In this document: positions 52,099 to 64,000 of the stretch, one piece after another | Numbering within the stretch: position 1 is the first letter of the stretch | How the letters are laid out: the number at the start of each line of letters is the position of its first letter | From: an uncultured Salinisphaerales bacterium | GTDB lineage: Bacteria; Pseudomonadota; Gammaproteobacteria; Nevskiales; OUC007 | Direction of reading: 5' to 3' | Length of the DNA stretch: 64,000 nt | Assembly: GCA_937896565.1 (NCBI GenBank) | Contig: CALBOV010000005.1 | Location: 396 to 64,395, forward strand | The notes under the pieces: generated by a model | The model's input: only the letters and a program-made list of their open reading frames with translations | Told to the model about the DNA's origin: nothing | Database searches by the model: none | Made by a program: the position numbers and the translations under genes

Positions 52099-53241
52099 AT
52101 GCGCCTGATCTATCTGACCGTGCTGGCCCTGGGGCTGGCTCTTCCGATGGCCGCTCCCGCGGCTTCCGTCGTCGTGCCCGATCTCTACGAGGGCGAAGTC
52201 GTGACCACCGACCGCGACGAAGCCACGCGCCAGGCCGCGTTGCGTCAGGTGTTCGCCAAGGTGCTGGTCAAGACCATGGGCTCGGACGGCGTCATGCAGT
52301 CGCCGCAGTCGGAATTGCTGCTGGACCGCGCTCAGGAACTGGTCACGCTTTATCGCTTCGAGCCGATTCCGGTGGAGATGCCGGAGCCGGAAACGCAGGA
52401 TGACGCCGAGACGCCGGAAGCCGCCATCACGAACCCGGTGCCCGCGGAACCGCCGCCGACCCGCTATCGCTTCATCGCCCGTTTCGATCCGCGCGCCGTG
52501 CAGATGCTGCTGCGCGACGCCGGATTCACGCCGTGGCCGTCGCGGCGTCCGCTGACCCTGATCTGGCTGACGCTGGATCGTGGCGAGATCGTCAGCGGCG
52601 AGCAGCGCGATCAGGCCGAGGCCTTCGTGTCGGAAGCCGGCAGGTTGGGACTGCCCCTAGTGTTCCCGAGCATGGACTTGTCCGATCAGCGGGCGATCCG
52701 GCCGGCTGACATTCAGGGCCTGTTCACCGACGAGATCATGCGGGCCTCCGGGCGCTACGACCCCGCCAAGGTCCTGGTCGGCCGGGTGGAACGCGAGGGC
52801 AGCCTGTGGTCGGCGCGCTGGGCGATGCTGGATGCCGGCTCGCAGTCCACGAGCTGGCAGGAAACCGACGCTTCGCTGGAAGCGCTGCTGGCCGGTGGGG
52901 CGCGCACGCTCGGCCGGCGGCTGCTGGCGCAATACGGCATTGGCGGCGGGACCGCGGATGGTGTCGACAGCCGTGTGGAGCTGGCGGTCACCGGTGTGCG
53001 TTCCCTGGACGACTACGGGCGGGTGTTGAATTTCCTCACCGACCTGCCGCCGGTGACCGCCGTCACGCTGGTCGAGGCCGGTGCCGGCGGCATCATCTAC
53101 CGCCTGCACACCACGGCCACGCGCGAGCAGCTCCGGCAGTCCATCGATCTCGGTCGGGTGCTGGTCGCCGACGACTACGTCGCGCCGGATGATGACCTGC
53201 TCGGTCCCGGTGCCCCGATGCGCTACGCGCTCAACCGATGA
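52099..53241 (+). CDS. DUF2066-like exported protein
   Basis: Signal peptide, LYEGEV, RPLTLIW, GLPLVFP; divergent from purM as in many gammaproteobacteria. Confidence 0.75.
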   Translation: MRLIYLTVLALGLALPMAAPAASVVVPDLYEGEVVTTDRDEATRQAALRQVFAKVLVKTMGSDGVMQSPQSELLLDRAQELVTLYRFEPIPVEMPEPETQDDAETPEAAITNPVPAEPPPTRYRFIARFDPRAVQMLLRDAGFTPWPSRRPLTLIWLTLDRGEIVSGEQRDQAEAFVSEAGRLGLPLVFPSMDLSDQRAIRPADIQGLFTDEIMRASGRYDPAKVLVGRVEREGSLWSARWAMLDAGSQSTSWQETDASLEALLAGGARTLGRRLLAQYGIGGGTADGVDSRVELAVTGVRSLDDYGRVLNFLTDLPPVTAVTLVEAGAGGIIYRLHTTATREQLRQSIDLGRVLVADDYVAPDDDLLGPGAPMRYALNR

Positions 53242-54296
53242 CGCCCCGGATTCGGATGATGGTCGGATTCGGCGCCCTGCTCGGGGTGCTGGTCGGCGTC
53301 TGGCTGCTCAGCCCGATTCTGACGCCGTTCGTGTTCGGCGCCGGGCTCGCCTATCTGGGCGACCCGCTGGTCGACCGGCTGGAGGCGGTGCGGATTCCGC
53401 GCACGGCCGGTGTCGCGATCGTGTTCGCCTCGTTGACGCTGGCCGCGGTGATTCTCGCGCTGTTGCTGGTGCCCATGCTGCAGGAGCAGATCGTGACCGT
53501 GAGCCGGCGCGTGCCGGACCTGATCGACGCGATCCAGAATCGCTGGCTGCCGGCGATGGGCATTACGCTGCCGGAAGATTTCCGTTTCGATATCAACAGT
53601 CTGCGCCAGTTCGTGACCGAGCACTGGAGCCAGGCTGGCGGTATGGCGGCAGGGCTCTGGGGATCGCTGACGAAGTCGGGCGGTGCGGCGATCGCGCTGA
53701 TCGGCAATCTGGCGCTGATACCGGTCGTCACCTTCTACCTGCTGCGCGATTGGGATCGCCTGATCGAGCGGATCGCCGAGCTGATTCCGCGCCGCTGGAT
53801 GCCGACGGTGCGCGAGCTGGCGGTGGAAACCGATGACGTGCTGTCGGCCTTCATCCGCGGACAGCTGCTGGTCATGCTGTGTCTGGCGGTGGTCTACATC
53901 GTCGGCCTGTGGATCGTCGGGCTGGATCTGGCGCTGCTGATCGGTTTGATCGCGGGCCTGGTCAGCTTCGTGCCGTACCTCGGTTTCATCGTCGGGATTC
54001 TGCTGGCGGTGCTGGCCTCGCTGATCGAATCCGCGGAATGGCTGCCGCTGGTCGGTGTCGCGGTCGTGTTCGGCGTCGGGCAGCTGCTGGAGTCGACGGT
54101 GTTCACCCCGCTGCTGGTTGGTGACCGGATTGGCCTGCACCCGGTGGCGGTGATCTTCGCCGTGCTCGCCGGTGGGCAGTTGTTCGGGTTTGTCGGCGTG
54201 TTGCTGGCGTTGCCCGCGGCGGCCGCGATCGCGGTCGTGGTCCGATTCGCGACTCGGCAGTGGCTCACCAGCAGCCTTTATCGCGGCGACGGATGA
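53238..54296 (+). CDS. AI-2E (PerM) family transporter
   Basis: AYLGDPLVDRL, AFIRGQ, VPYLG and IGLHPVAVIFA motifs. Confidence 0.9.
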   Translation: MTPRIRMMVGFGALLGVLVGVWLLSPILTPFVFGAGLAYLGDPLVDRLEAVRIPRTAGVAIVFASLTLAAVILALLLVPMLQEQIVTVSRRVPDLIDAIQNRWLPAMGITLPEDFRFDINSLRQFVTEHWSQAGGMAAGLWGSLTKSGGAAIALIGNLALIPVVTFYLLRDWDRLIERIAELIPRRWMPTVRELAVETDDVLSAFIRGQLLVMLCLAVVYIVGLWIVGLDLALLIGLIAGLVSFVPYLGFIVGILLAVLASLIESAEWLPLVGVAVVFGVGQLLESTVFTPLLVGDRIGLHPVAVIFAVLAGGQLFGFVGVLLALPAAAAIAVVVRFATRQWLTSSLYRGDG

Positions 54297-54923
54297 ACAC
54301 GCCCCAGCTTCCGCTGGGTCTGCAACTCGCCGAGGCTACCGAGTTCGCCAGCTTTGTTCCCGGCGCCAATGCCGCCGTGGTCGACGCGCTGCGCCAGGGT
54401 GATCAGCCGCTGGTGCTGGTCGGCCCGCCCGGCAGCGGCAAGACCCATCTGCTGCAGGCCGCCAGCCGCCAGCCCGGTCGCCGGGCCTGGTTGCCGATGC
54501 GTCAGCTCATCGACCATGGCCCGGACATGCTCGACGCCTTCGGTGGTCTGGACTTCGTCGGCCTGGACGACGTGGACGCGGTGGCGGGCGAGCGGGACTG
54601 GGAGCTGGCATTGCTGCGCCTGATCGACCAGGCGAGGGTCGAGTCCGGGCGCTGGGTGGCGAGCCTGTCACGGCATCCCGATGCGGTGGAGTTCGCCACG
54701 CCCGATCTGCGTTCGCGCCTGCGCTGGGCGGCCTTGCATCGGCTGGAATCGCTGGACGAGACCGGATTGGGCGCGTTGTTTGAACAACGCCTGGCGGTCC
54801 GCGGCTTGCGTTGCCCCGCGTCGGTGACCCGCTACGTGCTGCGTCGCGTCTCGCGATCGGCGCCCGCCGTCGTCGCGCTGGTCGAGGCGATCGACGTCGC
54901 CAGCCTGGCGGCGCAGCGCGAGG

Positions 54924-56736
<1,813 letters not shown>

Positions 56737-56761
56737 GGCCTGACTGCCCGGGCGTGGCGGA

Positions 56762-57340
56762 TCAGCGCTGATACCAGCGGCGCGACAGCGCCTCCAGCAC
56801 CCGCTCCGGGTACCAGGTCTTGCCCAGGCTGCCGTTGTAGCGGGCCAGCGCCCGTGTCAGGTCGCCATTTTCCCGGTCGAGATAGTGCTTGAGGATGGCG
56901 CAGCCGTAGCGCAGGTTGGTCTCGATCTGGAACAGGTTGTCGTTGGGACGGCCGATCTCCTCCAGCCAGAACGGCATGATCTGCATCAGGCCCAGCGCAC
57001 CGGCATGGGAGATCGCGAACTTGTCGAAGCGGCTTTCGATGTCGATCACCGCCAGCACCAGCTCCGGCGGCAGTTCGGCGCGGCTGGCCTCGCGGTGAGC
57101 GACGCGGAGAATCTCCAGGCCGTCGTCGTAGGCGGCGTCGTAGGCGTCCAGCCGCGTGGCCATGTCCAGCAGCCAGACCTCGGCATCGAAGGGGTGGTCG
57201 AAGCTGTCGGCCTCGGCCACGGCCTCCATCAGCGCGGCGCGGACGCCGGGATCGGGCTCCATGACCTGGGCGTGCGCAGCGCCGCCGCCCAGCATCAGAA
57301 CCAGCGCGAGACTAACCGCCGATCGCTTCGAGCACGGCAT
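56762..57340 (-). CDS. Soluble lytic transglycosylase (SLT domain)
   Basis: IDIESRF, GALGLMQ and ALARYNG motifs. Confidence 0.88.
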   Translation of the reverse strand: MPCSKRSAVSLALVLMLGGGAAHAQVMEPDPGVRAALMEAVAEADSFDHPFDAEVWLLDMATRLDAYDAAYDDGLEILRVAHREASRAELPPELVLAVIDIESRFDKFAISHAGALGLMQIMPFWLEEIGRPNDNLFQIETNLRYGCAILKHYLDRENGDLTRALARYNGSLGKTWYPERVLEALSRRWYQR

Positions 57341-59015
57341 CGATGCTGTTCGCGATTTCGGTCGCTTCCTCCGCATCGCGGGCCTTGTACTCCAGCACGT
57401 CGCGATCCAGCGCGCGGTCCCCCACGACGATGCGATGCGGGATGCCGATCAGTTCCTGGTCTGCAAACATCACGCCTGGGCGCAGGTTGCGGTCGTCCAG
57501 CACGACATCGACACCGCGCTCCAGCAGCGCTTCGTACAGCTCGTTGGCGCGTTGGATCGGACGATCGCTCTTCTTGCCGCCGATCGGGGCGATGACCACC
57601 TGGAACGGCGCGACGGACGCCGGCCAGACGATGCCCTTGTCGTCGGCGCATTGCTCGATGCAGGCGGCGACCACGCGGGTCACGCCGATGCCGTAGCAGC
57701 CCATCTCCGGATGGACCTCGCGGCCGTCGGCGTCGAGGACGGTCACGTTCATCGCTTCGGTGTACTTGCGGCCGAGCTGGAAGATGTGGCCGACCTCGAT
57801 GCCGCGCACCAGCTGCACCGGGCCTTCGCCGGTGGGGCTGGGGTCGCCGTCGCGAATCGTGCGCAGGTCCGCGACCTCGGGTTCGGGCAGGTCGCGGCCC
57901 CAGTTGACGTTGATCAGGTGCATGCCGTCGGCGTTCGCGCCGCAGGCGAAATTCGCCAGCGCGGCGGCGGCGTGGTCGACGATGACGGGGATGGACAGGC
58001 CCACCGGGCCCACCGATCCGAATCCGGCGCCGACGGTCGCGCGCGCGGCGGCCTCGTCAACCAGTGTGAACGGGTCGCGCACCTTGGGGTGGTTCGCGGC
58101 CTTGATGTCGTTGATCTCGTGATCGCCGCGCACGACCAGCGCCAGCGGCTTGTCGTTCTTGCCCATGACCAGCATGGTCTTGACGCACTGCTTCGGCGAC
58201 AGGTCCAGGTGATTGGAGACCTGCTCGATGGTCTTGCAATGCGGCGTTTCCACCTGCTGCATCGGCGCGCCCGGCTCGGGGCGGGGACTGTCGGACGGCA
58301 GCGTGGCCGCCGCTTCCACATTGGCCGCGAACTGACCGTCACGTGCCACCGCGAGCTCGTCCTCGCCGGAGGATGCGAGGACGTGGAACTCCTCGCTGCG
58401 CGAGCCGCCAATGTCGCCGGAATCAGCCTGTACCACGCGAAAGTCCACGCCGATGCGCTCGAAGATGCGAGTGTAGGCCGCACGCATCGCCTGGTAGGTC
58501 TCTTCCAGCGACGGCTGGTCGATGTGGAAGGAGTAGGCGTCCTTCATCAGGAATTCGCGCGAGCGCATCACGCCGAAGCGCGGGCGGATCTCGTCGCGGA
58601 ACTTGGTCTGGATCTGGTAGTAGTTGAGCGGAAGCTGCTTGTAGGACTTCACGTCCTGGCGCACGTGGTGGCAGATCACCTCCTCGTGAGTCGGGCCGTA
58701 GCAGAAGTCGCGATCGTGGCGATCGCGCATCTTCAGCATCAGCGGGCCCATCTTCGACCAGCGGCCGGATTCCTCCCACAGCTCGGCGGGCTGGATGCTG
58801 GGCATCAGCAGCTCGACGGCGCCGGCGCGCTGCATCTCCTCGCGGACGATGGTCTGCACGCGTTGCAGTACGCGCAGGCCCAGCGGCATCCAGGTGAACA
58901 GGCCGGAGGACAGCCGCCGGATCATGCCGGCGCGCAGCATCAGCTGATGGCTGACGATTTCGGCGTCGGCCGGCGTTTCTTTGGTCGTGGTGATCGGAAA
59001 TTGTGAGAGGCGCAT
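57312..59015 (-). CDS. proS: Proline--tRNA ligase
   Basis: GPTHEE, KFRDEIRPRFG, GIEVGHIFQLG and MGCYGIG motifs. Confidence 0.98.
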   Translation of the reverse strand: MRLSQFPITTTKETPADAEIVSHQLMLRAGMIRRLSSGLFTWMPLGLRVLQRVQTIVREEMQRAGAVELLMPSIQPAELWEESGRWSKMGPLMLKMRDRHDRDFCYGPTHEEVICHHVRQDVKSYKQLPLNYYQIQTKFRDEIRPRFGVMRSREFLMKDAYSFHIDQPSLEETYQAMRAAYTRIFERIGVDFRVVQADSGDIGGSRSEEFHVLASSGEDELAVARDGQFAANVEAAATLPSDSPRPEPGAPMQQVETPHCKTIEQVSNHLDLSPKQCVKTMLVMGKNDKPLALVVRGDHEINDIKAANHPKVRDPFTLVDEAAARATVGAGFGSVGPVGLSIPVIVDHAAAALANFACGANADGMHLINVNWGRDLPEPEVADLRTIRDGDPSPTGEGPVQLVRGIEVGHIFQLGRKYTEAMNVTVLDADGREVHPEMGCYGIGVTRVVAACIEQCADDKGIVWPASVAPFQVVIAPIGGKKSDRPIQRANELYEALLERGVDVVLDDRNLRPGVMFADQELIGIPHRIVVGDRALDRDVLEYKARDAEEATEIANSIDAVLEAIGG

Positions 59016-59028
59016 GGGTCTCGTCTGG

Positions 59029-59445
59029 TCAGGCGGCGGTGGGCGGCTCGATGGCCGTCAGCTCCCGCTCGACAAAGCCGGTGTCGGTGTGGGTCCAGGC
59101 CCGGGTCTGCAACACGCCCTTGGTGTTCAGTGACACGATCAGCAGTGGATGCCGGGTCGCGGCATCTTGCAGGGGCGACGGCAGGTCCTCCGGCTCGGCG
59201 GCGGCCGTGGGTCTGGAGTAATAGATGGCGAAGATGCCGCCGTTGCCGGCCGCCCGCGAGCAGGCCGCATCCAGCGCCTCTTTCGAATCCGTCGGGCAGG
59301 GGATCAGGTCCGCCGGCTGATCGTCGCGTAGAGCCAGCACGCCGGCGATCGGATGATCCGGCGACAACTGGGCGGCGTGCATCAGCGCGATGGCCGTGGT
59401 GCGCGGCAGCAGAAGCACGTCCGTTGAAGGCTGGGCGTCAGGCAT
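59029..59445 (-). CDS. Mov34/JAB-like protein with a degenerate JAMM motif
   Basis: AQLSPDHPIAGVL..FAIYYSRPTAAAEP..LIVSLNTKGVLQTRAW fits the prokaryotic JAB fold, but the E and HxH residues are absent. Confidence 0.6.
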   Translation of the reverse strand: MPDAQPSTDVLLLPRTTAIALMHAAQLSPDHPIAGVLALRDDQPADLIPCPTDSKEALDAACSRAAGNGGIFAIYYSRPTAAAEPEDLPSPLQDAATRHPLLIVSLNTKGVLQTRAWTHTDTGFVERELTAIEPPTAA

Positions 59446-60169
59446 GGATGGGGCAGGCGGGGTCTGGCGGAATCTCGTGTGCCCGGATTGTCCGCGTTTC
59501 CGGCGCAAAATGCAGCCAGCGGCTGCCCGCTTCGCCGTCTTCGATGAGCAGGCGCAGGGTTTCGAAGGCCTGCCACGCGCCGATCATGCCCACCACCGGG
59601 CCGAGTACGCCGGCATCCTCGCAGGCTTCGGCGGCCTCGCCGGTCTCGTCGAACAGGCAGCGGTAGCAGCCCGCTGACGGCAGATCGTGGCGGAAGATGC
59701 CGAGCTGGCCCTGCACCCCGATCGCGGCTCCGAGTATCAGCGGCACGCGATGGCGCGCACAGGCCGCGTTGATCGCGAACCGGGTCGGGAAGTTGTCGGT
59801 GCAGTCCAGCACGGCAGCGGCGCCGGGCAGCAGGGCATCGAACACCGATTCATCCAGCCGCGTGACATGCGCGCGGACGTCGATGTCGGGGTTGTAGTCC
59901 GTGAGCCGTTCGGTGGCGACCTCGGCCTTGGGGCGGCCCAGATCGGTGTCGCGGAAGAGAAACTGCCGATGCAGATTGCTCAGCGCAACGGCATCGTGGT
60001 CGACCAGTTCCAGCGTGCCCACGCCGGCACCGGCGAGATAGGTCGCGGCCGGATTGCCGAGACCGCCCAGGCCGATGATCACCACGCGGCTGTCGCCGAT
60101 CAGTCGCTGGCCGGCTTCGCCTATCGCCGGCATCACGATCTGGCGGGCGTAGCGGGCGGCGTCGGTCAA
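59438..60169 (-). CDS. MoeB/ThiF-family adenylyltransferase
   Basis: RYARQ, GLGGLG, SNLHRQ, DCTDNF, CYRC and CEDAGVLGP motifs; TTG start. Confidence 0.9.
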   Translation of the reverse strand: MTDAARYARQIVMPAIGEAGQRLIGDSRVVIIGLGGLGNPAATYLAGAGVGTLELVDHDAVALSNLHRQFLFRDTDLGRPKAEVATERLTDYNPDIDVRAHVTRLDESVFDALLPGAAAVLDCTDNFPTRFAINAACARHRVPLILGAAIGVQGQLGIFRHDLPSAGCYRCLFDETGEAAEACEDAGVLGPVVGMIGAWQAFETLRLLIEDGEAGSRWLHFAPETRTIRAHEIPPDPACPIHA

Positions 60170-60987
60170 CGCAGCCGGCCGAACGTGACGCGGGGATGAT
60201 CGCCCAGATCGCGCTTGCAGCCGACGTCGACAAAGCCCGCGGCCTCGAACAACGCCCGCACCGGCTCGGCCTGCTGATAGCCATGTTCCACCGCCAGCCA
60301 GCCCCGCGCGTTCAGGTAATCGGGCGCCTGGCCGATGATGGTCTTCAGGTCGGCCAGGCCATCGTCCGCGGCGATGACAGCGCCCTGCGGCTCGTACTTC
60401 AGTACGTCGTCGGACAGCGCCGGATCGTCCGCCGCGACATAGGGCGGATTGCTGACAATGCCGTCGAAGCGCATCTGGTCCAGCGCCTGGTACCAGTCGC
60501 CGGAATACCAGCGCACGCCGCTGAGCGCGCAATCCAGCGCATTGCGACGGGCGACATCCAGCGCTCCTTCCGAGGCGTCGGTGCCGACGATTTGCCAGGT
60601 CGGTTTCTCCATGGCCAGCGACAGCGCGATGGCGCCGCTGCCGGTGCCCAGGTCGACGACGCGCTGCGGCTGGGCCCCGCCGAGGCCGAGGGCCAGTTCG
60701 ACCAGGGTTTCGGTATCCGGCCGTGGCACCAGTACGTCGGGTGTGACGCGCAGGCGCAGCTTCCAGAAGTGGGTCACGCCGGTGACGTAGGCCTCCGGTT
60801 CGCCCCACTGGATGCGCTGCACCCAGTCCTCGATCTGCGGGCGCAGGTCGTCGGGCGCCAGGTCATCGGCATGGGCCAGCAGCCAGGTGATCGAGCGTCC
60901 GGCCGCGTCCTCCAGCAGGCGTCTGGCCTGCGCGCCGTTGTTCAACCGGGCATCCGCCCAGGCCAGCACGTCGCCGTAGCTGCTCAT
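60166..60987 (-). CDS. prmC: Release factor glutamine methyltransferase
   Basis: [16 protein letters not shown] and SNPPY motifs. Confidence 0.95.
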   Translation of the reverse strand: MSSYGDVLAWADARLNNGAQARRLLEDAAGRSITWLLAHADDLAPDDLRPQIEDWVQRIQWGEPEAYVTGVTHFWKLRLRVTPDVLVPRPDTETLVELALGLGGAQPQRVVDLGTGSGAIALSLAMEKPTWQIVGTDASEGALDVARRNALDCALSGVRWYSGDWYQALDQMRFDGIVSNPPYVAADDPALSDDVLKYEPQGAVIAADDGLADLKTIIGQAPDYLNARGWLAVEHGYQQAEPVRALFEAAGFVDVGCKRDLGDHPRVTFGRLR

Positions 60988-62072
60988 GCGTCGTCGCTGA
61001 TCGCCGCCAGCTGCTCGGCCTGGTATTCGGCGAGCAGCGGGTCGATCACCGGGTCCAGCGCGCCTTCCATGATCTCGGCGAGCTTGTACAGGGTCAGGTT
61101 GATGCGGTGATCGGTCACGCGGCCTTGCGGAAAGTTGTAGGTGCGGATGCGCTCGGAGCGATCGCCGCTGCCGACCTGCGACTTGCGCGAGGCGGCCTGT
61201 TCGGAAGCCTGCCGGCTCTGTTCGATTTCCAGCAGCCGGGATTGCAGCAGCGCCATGGCTTTCGCCCGGTTCTTGTGCTGCGAGCGCTCGTCCTGGCATT
61301 CGACGACGATGCCGCTGGGCAGGTGGGTGATGCGGATGGCCGAGTCGGTCTTGTTGACGTGCTGACCACCGGCGCCGCTGGCGCGGAAGGTGTCGATGCG
61401 CAGTTCGGCCGGGTTGATGTCGGTGGCCTCGACGTCATCCAGTTCCGGCAGCACCGCGACGGTGCAGGCGGAGGTGTGGATGCGCCCCTGCGATTCGGTT
61501 TCCGGCACGCGCTGGACGCGGTGCGCGCCGGATTCGAACTTCAGCCGCGAATAGGCGCCCGCGCCGACCACGCGGCTGATGACTTCCTTGTAACCACCGT
61601 GTTCACCATGGCTTTCCGACAGCGGTTCGACACGCCAGCCGCGGGTCTCGGCGTACTTCTGATACATGCGCAGCAGATCGCCGGCGAAGATCGCCGCCTC
61701 GTCACCGCCGGTGCCGGCACGGATTTCCAGGAACAGGTTGGAGTCGTCGTGCGGATCACGCGGCACGAGGAATCCGTAAAGCACGCGCTCCAGTTCGGCG
61801 CGGCGGTCGGTGACCGCGCCAACTTCGTCCTCGGCCATGGCCCGGACCTCCGGATCGCTGTCGGCCTGCATGACCTCCAGCTCCTCCAGCTCCGTTGCCG
61901 AGGCGCGCCATGCGGAGAAGGCCTCGGTCAGCGGGCCGAGATGGGCATACTCCTGGGAGAGCTTGCGGAACTTGTCCTGATTGCCGATCACGGCGGGATC
62001 GCTCAGCTCGTGGCCGAGATCCTCGTGGCGTTCGACGAGTTGTTCCAGTCTCCGTTCCAGCTTGGGGTTCAT
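60984..62072 (-). CDS. prfA: Peptide chain release factor 1
   Basis: GTGGDEA, PxT (PET) recognition motif, GAGGQHVN and RIRTYNFPQ. Confidence 0.97.
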   Translation of the reverse strand: MNPKLERRLEQLVERHEDLGHELSDPAVIGNQDKFRKLSQEYAHLGPLTEAFSAWRASATELEELEVMQADSDPEVRAMAEDEVGAVTDRRAELERVLYGFLVPRDPHDDSNLFLEIRAGTGGDEAAIFAGDLLRMYQKYAETRGWRVEPLSESHGEHGGYKEVISRVVGAGAYSRLKFESGAHRVQRVPETESQGRIHTSACTVAVLPELDDVEATDINPAELRIDTFRASGAGGQHVNKTDSAIRITHLPSGIVVECQDERSQHKNRAKAMALLQSRLLEIEQSRQASEQAASRKSQVGSGDRSERIRTYNFPQGRVTDHRINLTLYKLAEIMEGALDPVIDPLLAEYQAEQLAAISDDA

Positions 62073-63325
62073 GCGTCGTTGTCCAGGTCGAACAGGCGTT
62101 TCACCGCGGCCTGCAGCGCGGCTTGATCCTCCGGCGGCGCCTCGCGGATGGCGCGACTGGGCGTGTGCAGCCAGCGCTGACCCAGCGTATGCGCCAGTCG
62201 CGGCAGTACCTTGGCCGGGTCCTCGCCCCGGGCGATCTGGGCCAGCGCCGCCGCGGTCAGCTCGTCGGCTTCGCGATTTAGTCGCTTGCGCAATTCTCCC
62301 ACGACCGCGCCGGCATCCCGTGTCTGCACCCAATGCATGAACTGATCGACATGCTGCTGGATCAGTTCCTCGGCCTGTTCGGCGGCGTCGCGCCGGGCCT
62401 GCTGGTTGCGATCAATGATCGCCTGCAGGTCGTCGACCGCGTACAGGTACACGTCGTCCAGCGTGCTGGCGGCGGGTTCGATGTCGCGCGGCACGGCGAT
62501 GTCCAGCGCGCAGACCGGGCGTCGGCGTCGACGCTTGAGCGCCTGCTTCAACGCGGCGCGGGTGACGATGGGCGTTGGTGAGCCGGTGCAGCTCACCAGC
62601 AGATCGGCATCCGGCAGGTAGGCGTCCAGCTCGGAAAACGGTATCGAGGCGCCGGCATGCTTGTGCGCGAGCGCATCGGCCCGCGCGGCCGTGCGATTGC
62701 AGAACAGCAACCGCCGCAGCCCGCGGGCGCGCAGATGCGCGGCGAACAGCTCGATCATCTCGCCGGCGCCGATCAGCAGGGCGGTTTGCTGCGTGACATC
62801 CTCGAAGATCTGCTCGGCGAGCCGCACGCCGGCGAACGCGAACGACACCGGGTTGCGCCCAATGCTGGTTTGCGAGCGCGCGCGCTTGGCCGCTTCGTTC
62901 GCCTTCTGGAAGAGCCGCCGCAGTGTCGGGCCGACCGCCTCGGCGGCATCCGCGTCGGCGAAGGCCTGTTTCACCTGGCCGAGAATCTGCGGCTCGCCCA
63001 GCACCATGGAATCCAGGCCCGCGGCAACGCGGAACACGTGGCGTACGGCCGCCGCATCCTCCAGCACGTAGCCGTGGCCGCTCAGGGTGTCCGCGTCCAG
63101 CGCTGATCGGCTGCCGAGCCATCGTGTGAGGCTGTCCGTGCTGTGCTGGCCGCTGGTGATCAGCTCCGTGCGATTGCAGGTGGACAGCACGACGATTTCC
63201 TCCAGGCCCTCGACCTGGCGGGCCTCGTTCAGCGCAGGCTCCAGCTCGTCCGGGGCGAACGCCGCTTGCTCCCGCAGCGCAAGAGGCGCGGTCGCATGAT
63301 TGAGGCCGAGGACGAGGAGGGGCAT
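62069..63325 (-). CDS. hemA: Glutamyl-tRNA reductase
   Basis: [27 protein letters not shown] and DIAVPRD motifs. Confidence 0.97.
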   Translation of the reverse strand: MPLLVLGLNHATAPLALREQAAFAPDELEPALNEARQVEGLEEIVVLSTCNRTELITSGQHSTDSLTRWLGSRSALDADTLSGHGYVLEDAAAVRHVFRVAAGLDSMVLGEPQILGQVKQAFADADAAEAVGPTLRRLFQKANEAAKRARSQTSIGRNPVSFAFAGVRLAEQIFEDVTQQTALLIGAGEMIELFAAHLRARGLRRLLFCNRTAARADALAHKHAGASIPFSELDAYLPDADLLVSCTGSPTPIVTRAALKQALKRRRRRPVCALDIAVPRDIEPAASTLDDVYLYAVDDLQAIIDRNQQARRDAAEQAEELIQQHVDQFMHWVQTRDAGAVVGELRKRLNREADELTAAALAQIARGEDPAKVLPRLAHTLGQRWLHTPSRAIREAPPEDQAALQAAVKRLFDLDNDA

Positions 63326-63480
63326 TCGCGGGAGAAATCGGGGAAGCGCGGAATTGTCCGCGATGCCTTGTGGTCAGTACAAGCGACACGATCGCGAACG
63401 CGCCTCGGTGACGCCCGGAGGCGGCACGGATGAGCGCGGCCACGGTCGGGTATGATCGATGGTCAGCGCCAAGGAGCACG

Positions 63481-64000
63481 ATGTTGACACTGCGAATTCT
63501 CGCCACGCTGATTCCGGCGGCCCTGCTGGCCGCATGCGTCACTGCGCCGGAGCCGGGCGACCGATTGAACGCCCTGTTCGAGGCCACCGGTGGCCCGCCG
63601 ACTCCGCCAGCCGAACCGCTGCCGCAGCGGGCGCAGGCGATGTATCACGTGCTTGCCGGTCAGCTGGCGGGCGATCGTGGTGAACTGGCGCTTGCCGCGC
63701 AGGAATATCTTGAGGCCGCCAAGCTCACCGGGCAGGCGGATGTCGCCAAGGAGGCGACGCGCTACGCGCTGGCGAGCAACGATCGCGCGCTGTCGGTGGA
63801 AGCCTCGCAGCTCTGGCGCAAGGCGGCGCCGGACAACGTGCAGGCACAGGAGGCCGCGTTCCGCGTGGCGGTGCGCGCGCGTTCCTACGAGACTGCGCTG
63901 GACATGGCGGAGAGCTATGTCGCGGCCGAACCCGAGCGCAAGGGCGACGCGCTGCGCGCCGTGGCCACCACCCTGGTCCGCGACAATGTCCAGCCGGAAC
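63481..64000 (+). CDS. TPR-repeat lipoprotein (5' part; runs off the window)
   Basis: AAGGAG RBS; MLTLRILATLIPAALLAAC lipobox; MYHVLAGQLA..RG..A..Y helical repeats; divergent from hemA as is usual. Confidence 0.75.
   Translation, partial: MLTLRILATLIPAALLAACVTAPEPGDRLNALFEATGGPPTPPAEPLPQRAQAMYHVLAGQLAGDRGELALAAQEYLEAAKLTGQADVAKEATRYALASNDRALSVEASQLWRKAAPDNVQAQEAAFRVAVRARSYETALDMAESYVAAEPERKGDALRAVATTLVRDNVQPE

Overview
GC-rich gammaproteobacterial chromosome segment. Gene content suggests a marine or halotolerant lineage, but the taxon cannot be fixed from this window. Most of it is housekeeping: rnt, argG, pckA, rnfABCDGE-nth, metG, apbC-dcd, purMN, hda, wrbA, proS and hemA-prfA-prmC-moeB, mixed with envelope and lipid genes and a fused glucosylglycerol synthase. 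No rRNA, tRNA, CRISPR array, prophage or intact transposase was seen. The most notable element is a ~7 kb block between metG and apbC. A GlrK-YfhG-GlrR (QseEGF-type) operon ending in an L,D-transpeptidase converges on an outer-membrane operon encoding a glycine-zipper lipoprotein, an Lpp/OprI-like lipoprotein ending in Lys, a small beta-barrel and a YggT-like protein. That operon's upstream region carries a perfect TGTC-N10-GACA GlrR-type box, a consensus IHF site and a sigma54 -24/-12 element. Its 3' end carries a 64-bp IS5-like palindrome and a structured C-rich sRNA candidate. Other highlights: a terminator-containing leader just before pckA, a Pho box ahead of an olsB-like gene, an MMPL-cNMP fusion, a triple winged-helix protein and an apparently catalytically dead JAB protein. 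All family calls come from motif recognition by eye, not from database searches.
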